Below, in pieces: positions 26,574 through 40,452 of a DNA stretch of 64,000 nucleotides; the first letter of the stretch is position 1; each line of letters begins with the position of its first letter. Location: NCBI RefSeq assembly GCF_009914755.1, contig NC_060927.1; one strand, 5' to 3'. Made by a program: the position numbers and the translations under genes. The DNA is from the human T2T-CHM13v2.0 reference genome, Homo sapiens. Below the pieces are notes generated by a model. The model had not been told where the DNA came from. It saw nothing but the letters and a program-made list of their open reading frames with translations, and made no database searches.

Positions 26574-29500
26574 CAAACTCTCTTTTTCAACCTTATCTGG
26601 ACACATAGAAATTGGGTCAACTTTGGTCAGTGGCCAGTCATCTGTGAACCTCAATTTCCTCCTTCGCTAAATGAAAGTGACAATGGTACAGGTGATTGTG
26701 AGGATTACAGGTGGTTCTGAGGATTCAATGAGTGTACTTATCAGAGCATCTGACATATAATGGCTATTCTCCATATATTAAAAAATGAAAGAACAAAGAA
26801 AAAATTTAAAACATTGCAATGAAATAATTCATACATAGTAAATGGGAAAAAATATATATCATTATTCAGATTTTTAACAACTCAGCTGAGTGTACTATGT
26901 CCTACTGTAAGCATGCCCATTTTTCTGGTGAATATTTTCCCTATCTCCAGCTTTTCAGGTGCTGTCTTCTTGGTCCTGATCAATGGACCCTGGGTACCCA
27001 TAGCCTTCCTTCAAGCTTATGAGGCTTGGCAAACCACTGGCCTCCTTCTGTGTCAGGGGCTGGCACTGTCAAGTGCATCGTCTGATTGTGATCCTCAGGC
27101 CTTGGCAGCAAATGTACAGTTTTCTTGCTTTAATTAGGCTGAGATTCATTCCTACACGTGGCAGCTGCAAAGATATATTCTCTTACAATTAGATGTTACA
27201 ATACTTGTATTGCCTGAACCTTAATTTTAAGTACATTTTGGTGGCCCTTGTCCCTCCCTTGCACCTTGGTTGCTCCAAGAGAGAGCATATGGCCCAGTAA
27301 TTCTTTAAAGCTCATTTTATGGGCCATTCTCAGGCACTTCCTGCTGGCCTTTGGAACAGAGCCTTATTCGTGACTGCATTTTTGCTTATACTCCTGCCAA
27401 ATGCTTCCTCCAAAACCAGCAATCAAACCACAGGACATGATAAGCCATGGCCATCAGAATGGCTTAATGAGAGCAACCTCAACAATCAAGGTCATTAACA
27501 GCAACCAGCACTGCAGGATTTGTATCCCGTGCACAAGGGCAGCCTGGGCAGGTCACCTTTGTGGTCTATGAGAATATCTCCAAATATTATAGAATTTGAG
27601 ACCATCTCAGAGAACGATCTCATTCTAAGCAATTTTCTTTTAAGCAAAAATGGATAGGACAAAAATAGAAACTGGTGGTTCTCTCTGGCCTCTCCTTGTA
27701 GAAGAATAAATCTAGAGTTTTTAAAGGTCTTACAGAGCAAAGAAAATATTCGCTGGATGCTTGTATGGCTACCTAATTCAGTCACCCTTGCCTCAGAAAA
27801 TGATCTGAATTAAATCTTGTTTCCAGCTAACAGAAGGGTATTTGAAATACAGATTGGATCTGTACAATAGACCTTGTTCAAAGCATATCCACATGAGATG
27901 GTACATAGTTTAAATAAGGCAGACTTATATCTTGTCTATGATCTGTGTGCTATTAAACAGTTTTAAAACGTGAATTATTAATTAAAACCTGTGAACTACT
28001 AACATTTTGGAATGACTGTTTTGATAGCTAACAGGACTTGTGTGACTTTTGAGAGGCGTTGATTTCCTTTCATGTCAGCTAATAGAAATCCCATTGTAAT
28101 CATAAAAGGCACAGAGAAATTATGTCACAAGCGGATGCTATTTAAGTGGAAGTGAACACAGAATATATTAAAGTATCAGTGTTCTTATCAGCAGTGTCTT
28201 ATAATGACTTCTGATTAACACTGAAAAGATGATTGATGTTCCTAGGATTGTGGAGCACTGACAATGTGACACTGAGAGAATTCAATCCAAAGCTTGTTAA
28301 TTTCATAGAATCATTCAATTTCTCATTACTCCTTTTTGACAGTGTTTGTTTTTGTGACCATTACAATATAGTCACAATTTAATGGGGCCTTTCAAAAACA
28401 ATAGTAAGAAAAAAACCTTAAAATTGTCACCTATGATGATTATTACTAGAAACAGAAACAATGATTTCAATATATTAATTTTTTTTGTTTTAAAATAAAG
28501 CTTATTAGGCTGATTTTTATTCAGGAGTCACATTTAAACTGATACAAGCCAAAGTCATAGAGGACTCCCAAGTCAAGGCAATAGTTCACATCAACAGCGC
28601 CAACATATGTAGGCTGATTTAGTTTTTTCATGGCCAAAGAAGAAAGGAAGCATATTTGATGTAAATTCCTGTATGAGAAACATGGTAGGCATGCCAGGTC
28701 CTAAATTAGTATAAAGCTAATGACTGCTGATTGAGAGCAGGTGGAGAACGGGAAGGGGGTGTAGTTGAGGATCAGTAGAGTTTATCTTAATACTTTTGTT
28801 ATTAAATACTTTTGTTATTAAAAGTATAGAAAATATAAGACTTTCTCAATTTACATATCAGATCTGGTGAATCTATCTTATTGAACTCATACTTTACATG
28901 GATTGAAAAGCAATGTTTACAAAAAGAACACTGATATGGGAAGTAATGTAGTTAGCAGAGATAAACTGCGGATGTTTCAAATAAAATCATCTACCTCCAA
29001 AAATTTTACTGGAACTAGCATGTGATATTTAACTTGTATTTTTAGATTAGTGTATCTGAACTTTGTATCAGTCAGAGGAAAATGTATGGTTGGCCCTAAC
29101 CACTCAGAATGTCATAATCATAGTAATTACCACTACCCAGTAGTAGTAATTACCAATATTCTAGGCTTCAGTCAAGACACTTTAAATTCATCATTTTATT
29201 TAATCCCCATAACAACCCTGCTAAACATAGGTGTGTTTATTGGATCTTTTATCTTCCCAAATGACCACCCAACGCCCCCACCCAAATCAGTTTGATTGAA
29301 AAATTTGAAACCAGCACCAAAAACTTTCTCATCTAACCCAGCAAAAACTCTGCAGTCCATCTTTTACAAGCACATATAAGTTTTGTTTTAATTTCTCTTT
29401 CCTTACAAAGGCCGATCCTTCCATGTGGGTTCTCATTATCACCCTTCAGGCTTTACAAGGACCTTATTTTATCTGTGTCCTGAATCGTCAGTCTCTTTCC

Positions 29501-29954
29501 TTACTTGATCATTGATTTCAGCATAGTGGCCTCACCCTCCAAACCTTTTGGTATTCTTCCTAAATCTCATCTCTTACTCATAGCCAACTCTAAAGAGTTC
29601 TCATGACTGTGATCTCCATGTCCTTATCTGCTATCTACTATCCACTTCTCGATTCATATTGGCTTTTTCCCCAAACTCTACTGAAACTTTTCTTGGCAAG
29701 ATCACATATGACCAACATTGTTTTTTCTTTTATGTTCACGTATTATTCACCTCTAGCTTTTTACACACACCCTCTCTCTCATATCTGTGGTTCTCTACCT
29801 CTAAATATGGAGATTTTCAAGGTTAACTCCTAGACAACTGTCCACCAATTTGCTCGTGCCAAAAGTTTAAGAGTCACCCCATCAGGTTTACATTCATACC
29901 TATGACTTCAAATATGGTGCATATGCTTATAAATCCCATTCTTAGCCCTAAGCT

Positions 29955-30237
29955 TGTTTTCCTGCCACTAGATGGTGCCATTTGGGGGTGATGGGAGACA
30001 GTGACAGATCATCAGGCATTAGGTTATCACAAGGAGTGTGCAACTTGGATCCCTCACATGCGCGGTTCACAATAGGGTTTGTGTTCCTATGAGAATCTAA
30101 TGCCACTGCTGATCTAACAGGGGGCAGAGCTCAGGAGGTAATGTGATTGACAGGGAGTGGCTGTAAATAAAATGAAGCTTTGTTCGCTTGCCTGCCACTC
30201 ATCTCCTGCTGCGTGGTTTTGGGATTGGAGATCCCTG
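29955..30237. mobile_element. MER1A fragment
   Basis: ctagatggtgccatttgggggtgatgggagacagtgacagatcatcaggcattag...ggctgtaaata...gaagctttgttcgcttgcctgccactc. Confidence 0.85.
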
Positions 30238-31044
30238 TTTTATAGTATTTGTAATATTGTCGCTTAGATAGCTCATGGATAATACAAATTTAATAGATCC
30301 AAAATGAAATTCTTGAATTCCTCTAAACAATACCAATAATCTGTTCCAATTAGACCATAGTAAGGTTGTTAAAAAATAAGCAAAACTAAAAAAACTACAA
30401 TGTGTAATCTTTAGAAGACTTTAAAAGATAAAGACAGATGTAAGTAAAGATGGGTAATCTCTACTTTCACATCTCCCATCCATTCCTCTAAGATAACCAA
30501 TGTGTATTTTTTTAAAAATTCATTCTGTAACTTTATGCCAATCTAACAGGATGCTTATATTAGTTTTTTACTGTTGTTTTCTTCCACAGTAGGATAATGG
30601 TGTATCAATATTTAGTGACTTTTTAAAGAACATGACATTAAGAATGTTCCGAGTCAAACCATTTAGATTTGACGTATTCTTTCTAATTTTCAATGACATG
30701 ACTTTCTATGCATGTTCCAGGTATGATTCAACGATGTGCGCTGCTGTATTATTAGATTATTTCCAATCCATTTTATTTGTATTTTAAATTTAAACCAAAT
30801 GTATTGTACGTACATAGCTCACGATATGCTGCTTGCTACTGTGCTTGCTCTGAAACCTTGCCCATTATGCACTAACAACACTGGCTTCTATTCAGTACAA
30901 CAAAACGTCCCTACATTTTTTATATCCAGAAATTTAGTACGGTTTTTTCATTCTGGAAGCAGTTCTTTCCCTCTGCCTTACCATCATTGCATGGCTGTCT
31001 CTTTCTCATCTGTCAGATCAGTGCTCTCTTCTTATCTTTTACAG

Positions 31045-31490
31045 GGTATCTTAGGGTAAAAAGTTAAACTGATGCGACAGAGACCCCAAAACAAATGCCT
31101 CAAACAAGATAGAAATTTACTTATATGTAATATAATGATCTAAAGTTGACGTTCCAGATTAGCTATGTTTCTGCTCCAGCTAGTCACTCAAATACCCGGG
31201 TGAATGGTGGCTCTTTTGCATTCAGCAAGTGGCTTTCAAGACCTCCCATATCATTGGCAATTTGGCAATTTAGGTGGGTGTGGTGGTAGGTGGATCAGGA
31301 ACATCAAAATTTGTGGAGATTTCCTCTCAAACATAGTAAGTGAAAGTTTCATTCATCATTTTTGCTTGCCATATTTAGCTGCAAAGAAATCTGGGAAATG
31401 TGATCTCTGGTTAGACAAGCATGTTTGATAACAAGTCTATTATTATGGGAGAAGGAAGAATAGATCTTGGTAGACAATTTCAGTCTACAC
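31045..31490 (-). mobile_element. Old MLT1-family LTR
   Basis: caaacaagatagaaatttac, gtcactcaaatacccggg and tttagctgcaaagaaatctgggaaatgtgatct motifs. Confidence 0.55.
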
Positions 31491-31658
31491 TCAAGGACAC
31501 TTACCACAATTTGTAAATGATGTATTCATTTTAAAAACAATCTTCTGGTCTTCCCATTAGATAGTAAGCACAATAAAGGTAAAATACCTGCCTGTTTTAT
31601 TGTTTTATTCACAAATAAACCTTCTCCCCTGAATACTACTTCTGTCTTTTAGTAGGTT

Positions 31659-31967
31659 TTCTTTTTTTTTTTTTTTTTTTTTTTTGAGACCTATTCTGGC
31701 TCTGTCTCTCAGGCTGGAGTACAGCGGCGCAATCTCGGCTCATTGCAACCTCTGCCTCCTGGGTTCAAGCAATTCTCATGCCTCAGCCTCCTGACATAGC
31801 TGGAATTACAGGCGTGTGCCACCATGCCTGGCTAATTTTTGTAATTTTAGTAGAGATGGGGTTTTGCCATATTGGCCAAGCTGGTCTCAAACTCCTGGCC
31901 ACAAGCAATCTGCCTGACTCAGCCTCCCAAAGTGCTGGGATTACAGGAGTGAGCCACCACACCCAGA
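31659..31967 (-). mobile_element. Alu (Jb/Sx-like), full length
   Basis: Poly-T followed by both arms. TSD ttagtaggtt at 31649-31658 and 31968-31977. Confidence 0.93.
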
Positions 31968-32720
31968 TTAGTAGGTTAATTCATTAAATAACTAATTGAA
32001 TGAATGAAAGGATTTTACAGGTAAAGAAACTGAGGCTCAAAGAAGTTAAACAATTTAGGAGAATGGGTGACCATTCTTCAGGAAGGTGGAAAGATTTATG
32101 CCTCAGATGGCTTAACAAGGTAGCTAGTAAGCACTCTTTCAACTCTGAATTTCTGTGATTCTGTTATGCAGGAAATCACCACATTCCAAATAAGATCATG
32201 AGCCTGCTTTGTAAAGGAATAAATCAAGAGAAAATTGAAAATACACTTTTTGTCTCATTGGTTCTGTCACACAGAACTCTTTCCCTCACACCATTACATC
32301 CTAAATTCTCATAGATGCCAGCCACACTTTAAAATGGCAACCATTAATCTAAGATGTTGGACGACTGCAGCAAACTTGTGACATACCTTTCTAAAATCAC
32401 ACCTTCCTTGGACAGACAAAGTAAATATGTGTTGGGCTTCACAGATTTCCTGCTAGGCTACACTGTCTGGAAGAATAAAAGCAAACAGATAGTGAGTATT
32501 GTCTTTATCACATACTGTGTTTAATTAAAAAGAAAGAAAGAAACACAAGATTTTGCAAGATAATAATAAGTGCAGTTAAATTGATTGTCAACTAAGTCTT
32601 CTGGTCAGCAAAGTATGAGATTAATTCCCCTTAATAATAAAAACATTCTTGAGATTCTTCTTTAAAATATTTATTCTGCAAAGTAACTAATTATAAATCT
32701 GCTTTTCTTTGTTTTCCAAG

Positions 32721-32816
32721 ATATTGAAGACTTTGAAACTAAAACAAGAAGCACAGTATCTGTCCGAGAAGGTCAAGGTGTGGTGCTTCTCTGTGGCCCA
32801 CCGCCACATTTTGGAG
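32721..32816 (+). CDS. CNTN6: Contactin-6 internal coding exon (96 nt, phase 1-1), first half of Ig-like domain 2 (probably exon 5)
   Basis: Acceptor cttttctttgttttccaag| and donor GAG|gtatga. Translates (Y)[31 protein letters not shown](D) and joins in frame to the 49932 exon. Too short for the ORF track. Exon numbering is from recall. Confidence 0.93.
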
Positions 32817-33039
32817 GTATGATGGGGTGATTTGGGTCATATCATCAATGCGGTCACTTGGAGAGTGATGTGAGCACATCAGGTCTTAGGCTCAATGATC
32901 ACCTTTTATCAAATCAAAGAAATTGTGACTCTCGTCAAGTGCATCTACTGCATACAAATAGTTCTATATCTAAACATTTTCTTTTAAAAATATTCGTTCA
33001 AGCAGCCACACAGCAAATATGTTTTTAAGGAGATACATC

Positions 33040-33320
33040 ATGGCATTGTACGTAGTGTGAGTGCCAGGGCTTTTTAGAGAAACTGACCGCAGCTGTAATT
33101 CGGTGCTGTGACAGGCAAACTTCATGACAAGGGGACAATTTATTTACCCCACTTTGAGGCTTGGTTTTCTCATCTATAAAATAGAGACATTAACTGTTTG
33201 TTTGTTTGTTTGTTCAGTTTTGTTGTAAATGTTAAATGAGCTAATAAATGTAAATTGAGTAGTGTAATAACTAATACTTTAGTAAGTAAAGAAAGTTAAG
33301 ATTGTTACTACGTTTTTATT
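33040..33320 (+). mobile_element. MIR
   Basis: gaggcttggtttttctcatctataaaatagagac...gttgtaaatgttaaatgagctaataaatgtaaa. Confidence 0.65.
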
Positions 33321-33704
33321 TTTGGGCTCTATGGAGAAGCAAATTCCAACTAACACTCCTCTTGGCAATGTCACATTAATTACTGGAAGGGATAGATCAC
33401 CATTAACTGGAAGCAAATTCTGTATAGCACCAAATCAGAATGTCTCCTGGCAATGGTAAAAATCAAGCAATAAATGCCAGCCTCTACTTTGGAAGACTCT
33501 GGCTTGGTCAGTGGACTGGCCCGTTGTCAGGGATCCAAACTACTTACTGATTCTCATCCTCTTGGGAATGGATTTTCTCAAATTTCACATGATGTGGTAA
33601 ATTTAGTCGTGATTCTCAACTCACAGTGAACCTGAAGGAGGCAGTGTGAAAACATCCATGGAGTCATTTGGTACAAACCAATATCACACTAACTATATTA
33701 TAGA

Positions 33705-33950
33705 AAGCTTAATAACAGCAAGGACTTACACAGCACAGACCCAAGGACTTTAACATGTATTAGATTCTTAAATTTTCACAAAAACTTATAAGAGATATAT
33801 GAGTATAATTATTGTTTTACAGGCTCAGTACACTATAGAGAAATAGAAAGATGTTAATTAACTGGTCCAAGGTCACGCAGCTGGCAGGCAATGAAGCCAA
33901 TATTCAAATCCAGGAAGTCTGGTTCCCAGACCCTCAGCTCTTAACTATCA
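33705..33950 (-). mobile_element. MIR
   Basis: gttaattaactggtccaaggtcacgcagctgg...attcaaatccaggaagtctggttcccaga. Confidence 0.7.
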
Positions 33951-34749
33951 CTGCAGTTGTTATAATTGATTTCCACTCTGGAATGGGAGAACTTTTAAAA
34001 TACAAAGGACAGATGTTTAAAAATAAAATTTAAGCAATTTACTTTTAATGTTAAACCAAATCTTATTTATGAGCCTTGAGAAACTTGAAAGCGTTTTTCC
34101 ATTATTATTTTTACACAACCTCATGAATTGCCATGACCAAAAGAAAAGAAAGCTAATTCAAAGTTAACAATATCTTATTCGGTATTATTAGAGAGTATTA
34201 TGGCATTATATTCACCTGATATGATAGGGAAGAGTTGCAATGCTTTTAATGCTATATTGAGATAAAATAATATTGTTTCAGAACACACAATAATTGCTGA
34301 GGCTCTTTTGGTGCTTATTTTTTAACGGTATAGAAGATTATTTTCCGGCACCATAATCTAAGATGACAAAATATGCAAAATGGTATCAGTTTGTCCTGTC
34401 AGTCTATGTCATTTTATGCTCTTACGATGTTATTCAAATATTCTTGACACTATTGAAAATTGTTTTCAACTTTGTTTAATCGGGAATAAAAGAAATGTAA
34501 AATATTTGTAAATGAATCAGTTCCATATGTAAAAAAATTTAAAAAATTAAAAGGCAGCCAGACAGGAGACGCTTGTCCTTGTTACCTTGTCACCTATCAC
34601 CATTAAAGGATATGTGGATCTTTTAGTGTGTGAGGCCCTCATTGTAACAGCGCCCGTGGGGTCGATGCCATAAAATTAAGTCACACATTTACAAAAACAG
34701 CCTTAAATTAAGACCTTTGTAACTGAATAATCTTGCTGCATGGGAGTAA

Positions 34750-35096
<347 letters not shown>

Positions 35097-35139
35097 AGAT
35101 TTAATTTATGTTACAAGTAGCATCTCATCATGATTCCAA

Positions 35140-35540
35140 GCATATTTGTCGGCTGAATCATGTTTCTTGCTGTTAAGGTCCCTGTTTCCTTGATAACTGG
35201 CTGTTAAGGGACACTCTCAACTTGTAGAGGCTGCTGAATTTCTTGCCATGAGCATTTGTCCAATGTCAAAGCCAGGAACAGAGAATCTGTCTCACATTTA
35301 GTCCCTCGAACATTTCAAATTTCTTTAGTCAGGAAGAGCCCCATCTCTTGTGAGGGCTCACCTGATACAGATCATGCCCACAAAAGCTGAAGTCAGTTTC
35401 TTTAAATCAACCTGTGCCATCTAATCTTATCTAATCATGGATATGATCTCTCATCCTGCTACAAGTCGCACTCACACTCAGATGAAGAGAATTATACAAG
35501 GGCACGGGTCGTTGAAGGTCATCTTGGGATTTTGCCCTAC
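35140..35540 (-). mobile_element. MLT1 (D/E-like) LTR
   Basis: ggtccctgtttccttgataactggctg, gtagaggctgctgaatttcttgcc, gggctcacctgat and ggtcatcttgggattttgccctaca. Confidence 0.7.
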
Positions 35541-35786
35541 AATATGTTTCTCAAATATTATTTCTTCTATTTCCAATCTCCCTAAAGGCTCCATATTTCC
35601 TACCACACATGGCTCTCACAGAGAAACGTCCTAGAAATATATTCATGGGGGCAGACGGAGTTAACAGAGCACTGTAAAGTAAATGTCGGCGTGGCCAAAT
35701 TATTTTTTAAATCTCGTGTGTAAGTATTAAACAAAGCTTCTCATAAAGAAAAGTAGCACAGACTCCACAGAGATAGAAGGCCATAA

Positions 35787-36066
<280 letters not shown>

Positions 36067-36313
36067 AAAGGCTGAAATTTTACATCAAATTTTTGATAAC
36101 TTAGTTCTGTTGTCTTTTTCAACATAAACAGTCAGCAAGAATGAGTCTCACAGGGAGTTCGGCAGCAAGGGAGAAATCATGTTAAACTTGATATTATCAG
36201 AATATCCTGAATTCTTTATGCTTTCTTTTTAGTGTATTCACATAAATTATACAAAACTTTTTTTTAATAAGGCAGGCCTATCAAATATATTTTAGTGTGA
36301 TATATATAGGTAT

Positions 36314-36338
36314 ACACACACACACACACACACACACA
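36314..36338. repeat. (CA)12 microsatellite
   Basis: Direct reading. Confidence 0.9.
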
Positions 36339-37211
36339 TAACTTTATAGGAGAGTAAGAAAAAGTATCGACATGGCTAAATTTTATAAATTTACCCAGCA
36401 AAGAATGGCTCCATGTTTTAAAAACAAAACAGAAAAGTGTCTAGATGGTTTTTCCATGTAAATGATTGGTCACAACCCCATGAAACAGAGTAATCAACAG
36501 AAACCAAATAAACAGGTACTTTTATAGAGCTGTCCTTTCTTCTGCGTAAACGAAAGGAGGGCTGACTCCAGCGTAGGCCTTCTGTGGATGCTTTCCACCC
36601 AGTTTTGAAGCACAGATGCAAATGTCCTGCTCCTCTAGAAAGGAAGGGTTTTACACGGAAAGGTTATTCTAGCAGAGAAGGCATCACAGTGCAAAAGAAA
36701 AATAACCTAAGCAATAATGCCAGGACACAGTTCAAGACGCTCTATTTTATCATTTCAAAATGTGGAAGCAGAATAGGCACCATTCTCTGTAATCTGAGTG
36801 GAGGAGTATATTTCTCTTTTAATCCTATTCCCCAATCAGAGATGGGTTTTGTGATTGTAACTGAATCTCTGTCCTTAGGACCAGACTCAGTCCTTGTTCC
36901 CATATTTCCAAAAAATCTTATCTGTAAAATATTTCCGAGAAATGTAGGTTTCACGAAGTTTTGTAAGGACAGCACAGAGAGGACTGCAATGCACATCTGA
37001 TTACAAAACTTCACTAAGATTCCTGTTAAACGTCTCCTTCATTCCTCCTAAACGCTCTCTCACTGGTAGGCTGTGACTTCCCACATCTTTCCAACAATCT
37101 CCAACAATTCCCTCGAGTATCTATTATAATTCTTCCCTATTTGGACACCTATCTCAGAAGAATTCAGTACTCCTTTAGCTTCTCAGTGCTTGGCAGAACG
37201 AAATTTACTAG

Positions 37212-37595
<384 letters not shown>

Positions 37596-38045
37596 TAGTA
37601 TTTATTTTATTTATTTTTGGGGAGCAGGATGTTACCGTGCCTTTGGCTGAACTTTGAGCTGTATGCAGAGAGGTCTTTCCACCATGGATTCTCACTCACC
37701 TCCAAAGTGAGCTTTTGTTAAATTTCAGTCACTCGTCACAAAAAATGTCGGCACAAACTATCTGCAACAGAGCTGAAGGCAGAATTTCCTTTAAATTTTG
37801 GAACAGATATAACGCCCTTGAAAGCAAAACTGAAGAAGGAATATGAAAACAAGCAATCAATAAACTTCCATGGACCCAGTGAGTTAGTCCAGCCTCATAG
37901 GAAATCTTATTTAAAAATGACAGAATGAAGCAACGATACATGTTATCTACAATAATTAAACCCCCCCTTCACTATGTAGTAATAGTTTCACTTTATCCAA
38001 AGTAAAGAACACTCTTTCCCTTCATTGGTTGGATATGAAACTCTC

Positions 38046-38356
38046 GGCGGGGCTCAGTGGCTCACACCTGTAATCCCAGCACTTTGGGAGGCCAAGGTGG
38101 GCAGATCACCTGAGGTCAGGAGTTCGAGACCAGCCTGGCCAACATGGTGAAACCCCGTCTGTCCTAAAAATACAAAAATTAGCCGGGTGTGGTGGCAGGC
38201 GCCTGTAATCCCAGCTACTCTGGGGCTGAGGCAGGAGAATCACTTGACTCTGGGAGGCGGAGGTTGCAGTGAGCCAAGATCATGCCTTTGCACTCCAGCC
38301 TGGGGGACAAGAGTGAGACTTCGTCTCAAAAAGCAAACAAACAAACAAACAAAAAA
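38046..38356 (+). mobile_element. AluSq-like element with a (CAAA)n tail
   Basis: Full dimer with gggggacaagagtgagacttcgtctc. Flanking gaaact repeat. Confidence 0.93.
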
Positions 38357-38859
38357 GAAACTAAGTCCCGAGCTCATAAAAATTATAGGTTTAAAATTTG
38401 ATTTAGAGGAAATGTTCCATTCTCTCCTCAGATGCAACTTTCAGGTTGGTAGAACAGTTGAATTGATGCCAAAAGTTTGGATCATCTGTGTCTGTAGCAG
38501 GAAGATAGCACGACTGTCTGAGCCCACTGTTTGTATTTGCATCAGTAAAGATGTTGACAATTCCACTTAAATTAAAAGTCATTCCAAGCAAAGGCTCACA
38601 ATTGTGTTATCAAATAAAGAGGAAAATTATGTAGAGAAAAAAGTGCTAAAACTTAACATCCCCTTCCTCCAGTTGGTGTGCTTGCTGTTTCTGGCGTAAA
38701 TGAAAGTGCTTTTGTCTTAGTGGGTAGGTCAAATTGGCAGTGGATATGTTACTCTGAGGCTCTCTGAAAGTGTAAAAGGCAGACAGGCCCAATAGTTGCC
38801 TCTTGGTATAATAATAATAGTAACGATAATAACCGTATTATTGAACTTGTACACTGGGT

Positions 38860-39865
38860 ATTCACTCAACAAATATTTATTATGTAGTTACTAAGTGCCA
38901 CTCGTTTTTCTGCATTTTAGTGATAAAGTGGAAAAGAGAGACAAAGTTTTTAGCTCCATGAATCTTATAATAAAGAAATATAAAGCATGACAGGTGGTAA
39001 TAAAAGCCAGAAGAAAAATAAAAGGAGATAGGAAATAGTAGATGTTGCTATTGTATATTCTAAGGTAAAAGAAGGTTTCACTGCTATTTGAGCAGAGAAC
39101 TAAAGAAGTGAGGGAGTGAGACACATTAAGTAAAGGCAGTTCAGGTGGAGGAAATAGCATGTCAAAGAACCTGTGGGGAAACCACGTCTAGCATGTTGGG
39201 AGAACGGCACTGAGGTCAGCATAGGTGAATTAAAATGAACAGACAGGAGAGTAAATGAGGACACACAGCCTTACTTTCAGACATTTTAGGGACTTTGCCT
39301 TCTCCTGGGAGTAAGATGAAAATTCACTGGTTTATATTCAGAAGAGTGACATGCTTTCTCTGACTTTCATTTGTAAAAATTTACTCTGGATAGTAGACCA
39401 CAGAGGGGCAAGAACATAAGCAGTTAAAAAGTGATTGTGTTAATTCAGGTGAGAGAGAATGGTGACTTGGACCAGGTGGATTGCTGTAGACAGATAGATA
39501 ATTACCAGTCTTCAGTATGTATTTATAAGGTATAAGTAAAATAATTTCCTGAAAGATTGAATGTGGGTTATAAGAGAAGGAGAAAAGTAAAAGATAACTC
39601 CAAGGATTTGGGACCGAGCAACTGGAAAATGGAGTATCATTTATTGGGGTGGAGTTGATGAAGGGATAGCAGGTTTAAGGATGGAGTAAATCAGGAATTT
39701 GTTTTAGGAGATGTTAATGTTCAGATGCCAGTTAGATACAAGGGTGAAAGTTTCTAGCAGGCAGCTGGATTATATGTTTAGGGCAAAAGCTCTGGTTTGA
39801 AGAGCTAAATTTGGAACTCACCTTATATAAGTAATATTTAATACTACATAATTGGATAAGATAAT
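38860..39865 (-). mobile_element. L2 3' end, about 1 kb
   Basis: ttcactcaacaaatatttatt 3' tail, tttgagcagagaac, attcaggtgagagagaatggtgacttggacc and ctccaaggatttgggaccgagcaactgg. Confidence 0.8.
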
Positions 39866-40452
39866 GAATACTTACTATGTACTAGGCACTCAACTCAGCA
39901 TTTGCAATACTTCAACGCATTTAACATTTTCAGGGAAGATATCTCAATTTTACAAATTGAGTATTGTGTTAAAATTGTTAGTGTTAGCTAACAACTATAG
40001 TTAACTAAACTCAACTAACTATAACATAGCTTGGCCAAGATCTTGTCTCTGGAATTCGAAAGATCCTGTCTAAACATCAGTGCATTTATTCCACTCCCTA
40101 ATTTTCTCTGGCATAATCTGGTCCAGAAGAGACACTTAAAAGTTTTTAAATAATACAAGGAGATAGCAAGAGTTCTTTACTCTACTGGAGACTATGTAAA
40201 CAACACACAGAGAGGTCTACTGATTTGCCTAAAATTAGTGTACAGTGTTAGAACCAGGAAGCTCATGGCTCTTCCCACTCTTCATAGCTGGCCAAAGTCA
40301 GCTCTCTAGAAAGTTTATTTCTTTAAGTCCCATGCTGCACATTCCTTCCCTCCACTTTCAGACTCCATTCACTCTTAGAAAGACTATTTTCCTTGCTTTC
40401 CAGCACATCAAACAGAACTCTCCTGTTGCAGCCTGTTACCATGTGTAGAAGT

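Larger units (their letters stand above)
29270..32010 (+). mobile_element. L2 LINE fragmented by MER1A, old L1, MLT1 and Alu insertions
   Basis: ctctactgaaacttttcttggcaagatcac, tatgacttcaaatatgg and ccattagatagtaagcac motifs. Terminal ttgaatgaatgaa near 32000. Confidence 0.55.

Noticed and set aside
34640-34680. CpG-containing cagcgcccgtggggtcg as a CTCF site
   Set aside because: Poor match to the CTCF core and too short to support a call.
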